Source: Marsupella aquatica
Lineage: Eukaryota > Plantae > Marchantiophyta
Direction of reading: 5' to 3'
Length of the DNA: 64,000 nucleotides
NCBI GenBank assembly: GCA_973895155.1
Contig: OZ316894.1
Location: 2,000,457 to 2,064,456 of the forward strand
This document shows, piece by piece, positions 15,961-26,608 of the stretch; the stretch's first letter is position 1; the number at the start of each line of letters is the position of its first letter. The notes beneath the pieces are model-generated. The model searched no databases and was not told where the DNA came from. It saw only the letters and a program-made list of their open reading frames with translations. Position numbers and translations under genes: made by a program.

Positions 15961-17042
15961 CGTTACATGAACCGAATTGATCACACATGACATTTGCGTT
16001 GGCCAGGAGTACAATGTATTAATTCTGTATTCCCTGAGTATAGAGATATGAGTAGTTTTCAGTCGAAAGAGTGGGACTCCAATTAAATGGCGTTGCGATA
16101 GCCTGAACCACAACCACTCTGCCTTGCCTCCGATGCCGCAGCAGAATTGTGTTTTTGAAGTGGAAGGATTCGTCCGTATAGCGTTTGCTTTAGCATGGAT
16201 CAGTCTCTGTTTCTATAGCCTCTAACTCATGCGGAACCCTACATTAGTTTACGAATACGAAATAGGATGGATCATGAAGTAGCCATTAAGCCCTCTTCTA
16301 TCTAGTAGGATCAATTGTAGTTGACCCGTTCAAGACGAGCATAACTGTAGAACGGAGAAGTAATATCTTCCCCTTATTTGATGTAATCATTTTTTTAAAC
16401 ACAGCACTTGTATGCCAATTGTGTGCGCATATTTGTGACAGCTACTGTCAGTGACCAATGGAATTGTTGAAGACCTTCATTATCCTGCATTTCTGCCTGT
16501 AGGGTCTAGTTTATCCGATCTTGAAACTTCCATATCGGACAAGCCGCACAATTCGATACCAGGAGGCTGTAACCTTACATGACTTCATTCAAACGGGACT
16601 CTCCTGCATGACCACATATAACATTACCAGTCTCGTCTTCTCCCTACACCCTTCATGAAGCTCTGAAGTATCTCAATCTTGATCTAGCGAACGAAACGCA
16701 GGACAAGAGGATATTCATCCGTTGATCTGTACTCTGATGAAGTTCGTGAAGACCATAGTCTTCTAAATGACAAAGGCATAAAAATCCTCCATTTTTAGTT
16801 TGTTTTCTTACCGTTGATCTGCATTAGTGCTGATGTGCCTACTATTAGGCTCTCATCTGGGAAAATTTATGTCAGATTTCATTTCCTATGAGGCGTTTCT
16901 CGTCTGTAGTCAAATTATGTTGTAAGATAAAGACTTAGCAGCAGGGCTGGCTCAAGTCCATCTCAAGACTTAGAGGGTTCTTATGTGCTTCGTGTTTATG
17001 TGATTCATGTTTTAAAGCATGTGACTGGATTCATGGATTCAG

Positions 17043-18585
17043 GTCAATTACGACTTCTCAAGACCGCAGTCCACAAGCTCTCTCGTATATTTTGGGAACA
17101 AGAAGAAAACTGGAAAATTTCAAACATAGATATGAGAAGGAAGATGCCAACAATTCTCATGCAAAAGGAGACGTAAGGAATTTGTATTTAGATATGCTAA
17201 AAGAAATGAGCCAACAACTTGGAGAGCTCGGCCGTGATCTTCATGCTAAAACTCAACGTGAGTCTAAACCCTACACCCTCAATTCCGAGAATTATTAGCG
17301 TCTGCCAGATCACAATCATCATGGAATGACTTAGTGGGGATGCACCCATGATTGACGGGTCAACGGTTTGAATACATTCGCAAGAACATTTATGTCTAAT
17401 TGTATACCTGCAAGATCTACGAAATTGAAATTCCAGGACTTCTGAAGCAGCGAATCATTATGCAGGTCCTGCTCAAACACGAAAGGACAATCCAGAACTG
17501 TTATCCTTTGCAAAGGCTAGTACAGAAGTTCCAACACATGGACTCTGTGGACAAAGCTGCTGCTACCACCAAAGATGTGGAGCAAGCACAACAACTGGAA
17601 ACAAAGTACGATGACACTAGTCAATTCTCAACAAAGCGACTGAAGTATGGAACTAACAGTCAATCAAGGGGGAAGAGGATCAGCCTGAAGATATCATGGC
17701 TGATTCAGAAAATCTTACTACAGCCTTGCAAGCTGCAGAAAAGAAAATTGAAGAACAGATAAGTTCCAATCTTACAAACCGACTGAAGTATGGAGCTAAA
17801 CAGTCAATCAAGGGGGAAGAGGATCAGCCTGAAGATATCATGGCTGATTCAGAATTTCTTACAACAGCCTTGCAAGCTGCAGAAAAGAAAATTGAAGAAC
17901 AGATAAGTTCCAATCTGTTGCTCACAAGGGAACTCGAGTCTGGATCTCAGTACTTATCCAAAATGAAAGCGGAACATGCCCAAGAGGTTGCAAGAACGGA
18001 TCATAACATCAACTACACACAGAAGTTGAACTTAGACCTTTCTAATGATATGTCCCAAACCGAGACAAGCTTAACAGAGATAACATCGCGCTACAAAAGC
18101 TTAGTGTGGACCTTGGAGCAGCAGTTAGAAGACGTCAAAAAACAAGTAAGCGCCTCTTCTTATAGTAACAGGGAGAAATATTGGAATTGTCTCCCAAACT
18201 TTGATGTGCCAGCAAGTTTGAGGTTTCAGTCGTTCTTTCTCCTCAGATTTGCTCAATCTATGGTTGCCTGTTCTAGGGTCATTTCACCTCACATGCTCAG
18301 TACAGACAACCGAATCGCATATTTCCTTCGCATTTTCTCCTTTGTCCTTTACCCTTTCCTTGCAAAACTGGTTAACGAAGAGTTTGTATTTTCGATAATG
18401 ACTTTTATTTAATGACGGATGCAGAAATTAATGAAGCAGGGCTTGAAATGGCTGAAATGCAGGCTTTGTTCCAGGAAGCATTGATCATTGGACAGCAAGC
18501 AGAAGAGATGAGGCATCGAATCCACGAACTAGAAGAGGAGATCATGGAAAAAGAAGGCCAAATTTCAATTCTAAAAACACCTTAA
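17043..18585 (+). pseudogene. Frameshifted coiled-coil protein gene of unknown family
   Basis: Putative exons 17043-17257, 17437-18145 and 18425-18585 encode heptad-like E/Q/K/L-rich segments (LTTALQAAEKKIEEQ; EEMRHRIHELEEEIMEKEGQISILK). The frame shifts inside a 143/144-bp duplication, and phase is inconsistent at the last junction. Confidence 0.55.
17631..17916 (+). repeat. Near-identical 144-bp tandem duplication within the coiled-coil gene
   Basis: The period is 143 at the 5' end and 144 at the 3' end. Copy 1 ggaactaacag vs copy 2 ggagctaaacag is a 1-nt indel. Confidence 0.9.
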
Positions 18586-20213
18586 TCGGGGGAATATACC
18601 TCGACTTTCTGAAAGAGCAACACCGTATGTATCTGAATAGTTGTAGAGGACAACACTATCTCTTGACACCTTTTGAGCAACAGGCTCAAAGAGACACGGG
18701 TGGACGATGACTGAATTGAATGTTTGGAAAGCAGGTGTGGGATACCTGTGGAATGAAAAATGGCAGGAGATGAGGATGGTCTGAATGTGCCAGACAATCC
18801 CCCGCATGGCACGACAGAAATGTCTTCAATGCTTGCTCATCTGAGGAAATGGACGGGCAGCCCCACCAATCTCGACCTCTACAAAGCATAAACTTGTTGC
18901 GCCCAATTTTAAGGTGTGTTACTCACTGCTTAATTATTTTGGAACGCCTTCACATATCTGGTTGTCAATTGCGAAATATCTGTACATTTCATACTGTCAA
19001 GCTTTTCCGCAATTGCATGTTTCTGCAATCCAAATTTACTTTGTTCCCACTGGGCTGCCCATGTCTGAAGGTTGAGACCTTCTCCTTCGCTTTTTAAAAG
19101 CAGTCTCCCCTGACACGTCATTGAAGGTAGACTACGGCTGCTGGCTGTATTGGTGCCGCATTTGAGGAAGCTTATGTCGTCAACTGAGATTATGTCGAGC
19201 CTAAACTTGGACCAAATTGTGCTTCCTGTGGCTGGCTATCTTAAGAGCATATTTGACGAGGTTCATGTGACTACGTGTCGCGCAGTTCTTGTCTCACACT
19301 TGATCGACGTGCAGCACATATGGCCTACAACACATCTGTTGGATACTTTGGAGTGTACTTCACGTGGAATTTTGACCCCTCGCTCTGTTTTCCCTTCTAG
19401 TTGAAGAGTAGAAACATAAAGTGGGGAGCCACAGCAAGGAAATATCATTTTTCTGTATGACGAGAAACGCGCCGAACATTCTTCTACTCGGCAACATTCT
19501 TCTACTCGGCATCCTCCAAATTGCAAACAGATTGAATTGGAAGGGGATTGCCATGGCCAGAAGAAAGATTTTGGTAGTACGAGGAAGAGGAAAGTTTTCG
19601 TCCAAATCTCAATTTGAACGAGAATGCAGTTCACATTATTTGTTTTGAGTCTACTGCAAATATGATATTAAAGCAACCCAAGTAGTATTTCTCGTTTGAA
19701 AAGAAGTTCAAACCCAGCATTCCACCCATAGGTAAGTGTTTTGTAAGACCCTGGACGGCGTGAGATAACAAATGTAACATCGTAGCAAGATCTGAGTCTA
19801 GCAAAAGGAGGCCTGGTGGAGAGTGAAACTTACTCTTCAGCATATTCTTTAGATCTCCAGCATTGAGTCTCTGTAGCAGACCCGAACCTATATTCTTCTG
19901 CCAACTCTCTTGACTATTTTAGATACTACTCCTGTAGTACAAAACTGCTTACTTTGGTGGTATTCTACCATATTCCGAAATTTTAGAGGCTGCCTCGCCA
20001 AGTGTGAGGTACGGAGGCTTGCAAATGCCAGAATCGTTCTGTCGTTGCTTGAAACTCCCTCCATCTACGCGGAGGGTGCTGGCCAGGATTCAAGGTGTAC
20101 CAGTTGCACAATCCTACGTTAGCCGTAGATCTTTCATCTCGCAACCAACAATAATATACTTTTCATTGTCTGGCAAATCCTAGAGTAAGCCAGCTTGTCA
20201 CCGGTAAAATTTC

Positions 20214-22450
20214 TTACTTGGAAGACTTCGCAAAAACCTGCAAATTCCAAGAAAACCTCGTCAATACCATTCACGTTTCCGAAACGTTACAGGTCTTAAG
20301 ACTTGGAATGGGACTCTGGGCACCACAGAAGTATTTGTTCAACTTTGGCATTTGAGTTAGAAGCAATAAAAGTGACCTCTGTAGGAATTGACTGTCTCCA
20401 ATCAGAAAAGATCAAGGGGTGCTGAAGCAGGCATGGCTGAGTGGTAGCTCAGTTGAGTAGGGACTCATAGGTCTGTGGTTCAAATGTTACTACTGGCTTA
20501 TGTTGCCTTCCACTTTAAAACATTTAAAGAAGAAAAAAAGAAAGATGAAGGGGAACAACTCACAGCTCCCAGTACATCCAACGCCAGTGCAGGCTTCGAC
20601 TCGGATAAAGGATCCGCCACGGATCTTCGCTGGTTGAAGTGCCTCAAATACATAGATTTCGCTGCTTTCTTCTCTACGCTTTCCGAGCCTGCTGATGCTG
20701 TCTCAAGTCCAGTTTGTCCTGCGTCTTTTCTCTGATCATATCACAATGCGATTTCCAGCACCTGATCAGTGCTTGTTCAAACCGTCAAATCGTGTGGATA
20801 CACAAACAACAGAAGCACAGCAACTCTTGGGTATCTATGGCTGTGATACCAAGGAATAGGATTCCTTATTTTGCAATCTTACTGGGGTTCTATGTTCCAC
20901 AAAATACATGCAAATCTATCCGAGACAGATTGTCCCCTTGGACCAATTTGTTTCCCCCAACCCTATTTGTGCAATGAAAGCAGAATGAACTTCGATTCGA
21001 CAAGTAATCTAACGGCAAATATCTAACGCACCTTTCTTTTTCGTTCCTCCATAGATTTGATGGCTCGTGCTTGATCAACACGGGATAAATAGAAATCACG
21101 CTCCTTCTTTGCTGCTGATATCTCAGCAGCAAGTTTCTGCTCGCGTACAGCTTTCTTGTATGCTGTATGCCAGGCGAAGCGTAATCAACATTTACTAGTT
21201 ATTAACAGAATAGTCCTTACTCTCCTCAACAAATAGCACTGAATAGGGACAAAAGCATGAGACTGACAAGTATCGCCTATGGACATTTGGAGAAAAGTGA
21301 ATCACTACACAAGCATGCAAGAGTTAGACCTCACCCATTTCCCCAGTAAGATTGTCCCACTTGAATTTGTGAAGGTACTTGATGTTCCAGAGATCATAGT
21401 GATAAGCTGACCGCTTCCTCTGATCTGCATTTACCAACTGCATCATCATCTCTTTGGGCCATCCGATTCTTTTCACCTTCAAGCACCTAGATAGACACAT
21501 GATGCAAATTCAAGCTTTCAAGGTGCAAGATCTATCGCAGTTCTAAAGCCCAGAACTTCAAATTTTGAAGCATCAAAAACAATCTTCATTCATTCCAAGT
21601 TCGAGGAAACTATCCTAACAGAGCACCACAGCGGCAATGACGAGCTCTAATAACTTGGAGAAGGGAATTCATTATAAGAAATAGCTGCTACTGACCCATT
21701 GGCTCCCCATTCAGCATAGCTCCAACTTTCTTTGCATCTCCTTTGTGAACAAACTCCACCCACCTGAAGAGAGAAATGTTAAACACACATCCTCGAGTGC
21801 CTCTGCAAAAAATTTCAATCATGACACAAGCACTAACACAATTGGAAGAACCAAGACAAATTTCAACAAAAGAAACACAGGGAACGCGAGAAAAGAGGCA
21901 CAGCACAACGCCATATATGCTCACCCTTCCGTAAAATTCTTGCCGCTGTTACCCCCAGCACGCTTCCGACGTATCCTTGCAGCGGGATCTATGTGAAATG
22001 CGATTATGACGAGTGTCAAAATATGCAATGGGGTACCGCTGAAAAGGTGAAAGATCAAGACTACGGTAGTAGAGCTGGAAATCAACGCATAAACAAGGGC
22101 TCAACTGAGCAAAGTAGAGCAAAGAAAGCCAAGCAAAGGTGGTCGCTGTGTACGGGATGGTTACCTTCGGGGACGAGATAAACTCTCGACACTTCTCCAA
22201 ATTGAGAAAGGAGATGGCGTAATTTCAACGGCTTCAGATGCGGAGGGATCCGACTCAAGTAACATACTCCGGTTTTCCCTTTCTTGACGGGCATAGATTT
22301 CTTCTTCTTCTTCTTCATTATCGTCGGGGTACCCTGTACCGATTCTTCCCGCAATTCATCAGCGGCCACATCCCTTCCACTAGCTTGCTCTTCTGCTCCA
22401 TCACTCTCGCTCTCACTCTCCCTTTCACTACCTCTCTCTTGGGAAGCCAT
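20214..22450 (-). CDS. ESF2: Pre-rRNA-processing protein ESF2 / activator of basal transcription 1 (RRM), 276 aa
   Basis: Exons (-) 22450-22165, 21988-21925, 21763-21696, 21424-21335, 21162-21032, 20731-20564 and 20237-20214 join in frame (831 nt). Motifs GVCYLSRIPP, FTEGWVEF, DLWNIKYLHKFKW and EISAAKKERDFYL. Confidence 0.95.
20432..20486 (+). mobile_element. Degenerate tRNA-derived SINE head in the last ESF2 intron
   Basis: A-box-like tagctcagttgagt and B-box-like ggttcaaat at tRNA-like spacing, with an A-rich tract about 40 nt later. No cloverleaf. Confidence 0.35.
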
Positions 22451-23211
22451 GTTCTTTGTCGGATGCAGACAATCTCACCACCTAGAACGTCTGCAATGAA
22501 TTCTTCTCTCCCTCTACTCACCAGGAAGCCCAAGGTTACCAAATTATTTCCGCTTATGGCCGAAGCAAGCTTTCACCTAAACCTGCAACCGAATTCCGTG
22601 CTTCCACGGCATCGCAGCCATATCGACAAAAATGGACAGCCTGCAAACACTCAAACCCCCTCCGCCGCCTCCTTTTGCTGTTCCTTCTGTTCATCACAAA
22701 AGAGCCTTCATCCCCGCCATCGCCTCCATCCGAATTCCTCCCTTCAACCCTCCCTTGGCTCGCCTCCGACAAAGCTCGCATCCATTCAGGATGAAATCCC
22801 AGTTCCGGTCCTGAACTTGCTCAAGTCGTTGAAATCTGCGCAACCCGCTCGAAAGGACACAATTACACACGGTCCCTCAGGCTTCTCAGTCACATCAGGC
22901 TACACATAATGCATGGGCTGGACGACGCTAGCCAACCGAGAGATTGTCCGACTGTGTGAAGCCGTAAGAAAGCTGAGTGGAGAACAAAAAGGGAAGGGCA
23001 AGCAAATGCACGAGGGAGGCAACGCAATGCAGAGGAGAGGAAATCGGTGGGGATTGCGCAGAAACGAAAGAAGGATTGGAGAAGAAATTGATAGAGGAGA
23101 GGAGAGGAGAGGAGAGGATGGGGATTGCGCAGAAACGAAGGAAGGAATGGAGAAGAAAGGAACGAGAACAGAAGTGACCGAGTCCAACGAAGGTTGCAAG
23201 CCTCGAGGGGT

Positions 23212-23220
23212 TTAGGGTTT
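23212..23220 (-). promoter_or_regulatory. Telo-box (AAACCCTAA) upstream of ESF2
   Basis: ttagggttt on + reads AAACCCTAA on the ESF2 sense strand. Telo-boxes are established elements of plant ribosome-biogenesis gene promoters and leaders. Confidence 0.5.
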
Positions 23221-23309
23221 AACTACAGGAGGCCACGCACGAAACCGAACTCTTAAAAACCCCCATGAGAAATAAGTATAAAGTAGCGTGATTATCTGTT
23301 CGCTAAACT

Positions 23310-24270
23310 TAAACCAGAGGTGAGGGCAGAAAAAAAGGTACTTCACTGTTTCCCATTCATCTTTGCCTATCCTTCTCGTTTATTTGCACCCTCACTCACT
23401 TTCAGGGAGTCAGGGTGTAGAGGCTTCACTGTAGTTAGTAGGTCAGGGTGTAGAGGCTTCACTGTAGTTAGTAGGTCAGGGTGTAGAGGCTTCACTATAG
23501 TTAGTAGGCCCGGGGAAACTTTTTGATACCTGTTCCTTGAACTTAAGATAGAGGTGAGAGGTGAAGGCAGAAAAAAGGTTCTTCACTATTTTTCATTCAT
23601 CTTTGCCTATCCTTCTCATTTATTTGCACCCTTGCTCACTTTCAGTTGTGTCTTTAGAGTGCGGGTGTAGAGGCTTCACTATAGTTAGTAGGCCCGGGGA
23701 AACTTTTTGATATTTGTTCCTTGAACTTAAAATACAGGTGCGAGGTGAAGGCAGAAAAAAGGTTCTTCACTATTTTTCATTCAGCTTTGCCTATCCTTCC
23801 CGTTTATTTGCACCCTCACTCACTTTCAGTTGTGTCTTTAGAGTGCGGGTGTAGAGGCTTCACTATAGTTAGTAGGCCGGGAAACTTTTTGATATTTGTT
23901 CCTTGAACTTAAAATAGAGGTGAGAGGTGAGGGCAGAAAAAAGGTCCTTCACTAGTTTTCATTCATCTTTGCCTATCCTTCTCGTTTATTTGCACCCTCA
24001 CTCAGTTTCAGTTGTGTCTTTAGAGTCAGGGTGTAGAGGCTTCACTATAGTTAGTAGGCCCAGTGCAACTTTTTGATTGGGAGATGAGGAGGAAACAAAA
24101 CCTTGAATAAAAAAGAATTCCACGCCACTTCCTATTCATCTTTACCCCAATTCCTGTTTTTTTGGCCTACACCCTTACTTTTGTGTACACCCTCACTTTC
24201 AGTTATGCCCCGGGTAAAGTTAGGGTCTAGAGGCTTCACTCTAGAGAGTAGGCACTAAGAAGTAGCTTCT
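23310..24270. repeat. Tandem array of about 184-bp units (4 good copies plus 1 degenerate); first unit has a 32-bp subrepeat x3
   Basis: Anchor gcagaaaaaa at about 23326, 23567, 23751 and 23933. Shared motifs tttgcctatcctt, tttatttgcaccc, gtagaggcttcactatagttagtagg and tgttccttgaactta. Confidence 0.92.
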
Positions 24271-24478
24271 GACTGCTCTTTATTAATAAGGTTCAATGAC
24301 CCCTTGGCTATCTAAGTTTGATGTTATTCAATGAGTTGGAGTCACAAATAGTAAGTTGCATATTGAAATCTTACTAATACAATTCAATGGCCGCCTTGGC
24401 AATCCAAGTTTGATGTTATTCAAAAAGTTAGAGCTATGAAGAGTTGCATATTGAAATCTTACTAATATATCACGATGA

Positions 24479-24800
24479 GAAGCTAGAGTTGGGGTTTAGG
24501 CATCTAGAGCGAAGTCTCTAGACCACAACTCTGGGGCCCCCACCCAAATTTATGTGGATGGAAACAACCATGGGATGCTATGTATGTCAAAATGATGATC
24601 ATGCATGGTGATATTTGTCATCATTTCTATTAAGATTCAAATAATGGGCATTTGAAGTTTGAATATGGAGATGAGAGGACCAAAAAAAGGAAATTATTTG
24701 TGGTAAAGGTCCAATGCATGCAAACTTACATGGTACTTTACACTTAATGCCCTTCTTAGTTTTTTTTCCTGGGGGCCTCACTTCCTTTCTTCCTACCCTA
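24479..24800. mobile_element. Dispersed repeat / TE end, family shared with about 44015-44260 and 53660-53868
   Basis: gaagctagagttggggtttaggcatctagagcgaagtctctagac aligns with gaagctagggtcagggtctaggcttctagagtgaagactctggac (44017). Its reverse complement ends ...tagcttct at 24270 and 53868. Confidence 0.55.
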
Positions 24801-25308
24801 TTCCCAATGAGTTTAATATCCTCAATTTTTTTCGAGAATTGGGAGAACTACAAATTTCCAAAAATGAGTTTCTTCCTTTCTTGCCACATTTCACTCATCC
24901 ATGTGAGATGTACTACACGAGCAGAAAATAGGGTTTTGCTGCCATCCATCTGGGTTGCAAAAGTCTATCCGAGCACCTTGACAAATGTGGAGGTCCATCC
25001 GGATTTCAGTTCCTCAGTTCAACAGTCACCCTAATTATAGTAAAAACTTTAGTAACCTCCAGTTAAATGTGAACTACGATTATTTGCAAGGTCTAAGGGT
25101 ACCTCCCGCCTAGTGTACTCTAGCATAGTGATTTTCGAATCACACAATAAAAAATGATTTATTAAATTTTGGGTTCCCAGAGACTAAAATTTAGGAAGAG
25201 TCACCCGATTACATGTCAAGGCTACTGTATCTCTTGTCGATCAATGCCTATCCCAAGTGTTTACAATGACACTAAGTGCACACAACAGGCTGTTTATGTG
25301 TGGTCCGG

Positions 25309-25518
25309 CAAGTGTGCACTTAGAGAGAGGTCATGTGTGCTCAGGCAAGTGTGCACTTAGAGCGAGGTCATGTGTGTTCGGGCAAGTGTGCACTTAGAGA
25401 GAGGTCATGTGTGCTTGGGCAAGTGTGCACTTAGAGCGAGGTCATGTGAGCTCGGGAAAGTGTGCACTTAGAGAGAGGTCATGTGTGCTTGGGCAAGTGT
25501 GCACTTAGAGAGAGGTCA
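25309..25518. repeat. 37-bp minisatellite, about 5.7 copies
   Basis: Unit caagtgtgcacttagagagaggtcatgtgtgctcggg starts at 25309, 25346, 25383, 25420, 25457 and 25494. An inverted core ctaagtgcacac lies at 25272-25283. Confidence 0.95.
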
Positions 25519-26608
25519 CTGTACTGTCGTTTCCCATGCTGCAGCGCAGGTTCGGCACGGGCGTCTGCGCCATTTTTATCCGCTCGAACACGGCAGCCTC
25601 GGCAACGTGCGTTGCCAACTCGTTCGGACACGCATCGGACGTGGCTATCTCCCAAATAACCCTATTATTGCGGCCAAGCTACGCTCAGAAGATTCAACGG
25701 CGGGAATCCTTTTTCAGACCAGCGCTCATTTTTCACCAAGCCTCCTTGCCGGGGACTCATTTACCGGTGCCGACCGTTTCAACGGCGCCGGGAACACCTT
25801 GCCCTTTTGGCACACCCATGTCCACGTCGGCGAGCTTCGCAGCCCTCGGATCATCAGGGCCTCTCGATCTAACGGGTCGCGGTTGCAAAAGTGCCCCCTA
25901 CGATAATGGAAAGTGCTCTGCTCTCGACGTTGCTTGAATGAAGCCTTTTGGACTGACTTTTTTGGGGGGGCGAAGGGGAACTGTGGAGAGTGGAGATTCG
26001 ATCGCTCAGTAATTGCGGATTGATTCCGAATGGCTCTCGAGTCGCGGGCTCGCTCTCACTCGAGGCTGATGAAGGGCAACACCCTCGAGGTTGAGGCAGA
26101 CACGCATGCTCCGAGGTCCACCTGCACCGGTGCGTGCGTGCGTGCATGTTTGTGTCATTCTGCGTGGGGAGTATGCTGCGAATTTAGTTCATCGAATTGG
26201 GTCTATAATCACTCGGGACGAGGAGAAGGAGAACTGGTGACTACAATTGTGCACCGACCCACTGGCCGGCTGACTGATTGTCTGATTGTTTGATCAACTC
26301 TGCGAGAACAAGAGGAATTGCCCTCTCGCTTGTTTGAGGAAGGTGCGTAGCCTGGTCTGGTCGAGCTTGAGGTGGTGATTCTTCCTCTCCTACGACTCTG
26401 GGTATCAATTGGGACTGAAACAGAAATTTGGTGTCAAGTAGCAGAAACAGAGATGAAGAGGTAGAGAAAAGAGGCAGAGGGCATCGTCAATCGAGCAAGG
26501 GAAGAGATTCTCAATTCGTAACACAGAGAGAGAGAGAGAGGCACACACAGACACAGAGGGAAAGAGAGAAGTGTCAATTGAGGCAGAGAGGGTGAAAGTA
26601 TCACCGTG

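Noticed and set aside
22238-22909. 223-aa plus-strand ORF
   Set aside because: Antisense to ESF2 exon 1 and its purine-rich leader, with low complexity and no recognisable motif.
23408-23510. 32-bp repeats as CRISPR direct repeats
   Set aside because: They are head-to-tail subrepeats of the 184-bp satellite, with no spacers.
25309-25518. CRISPR-like array (37-bp repeats)
   Set aside because: The units are contiguous with no unique spacers, there are no cas genes, and the context is eukaryotic.
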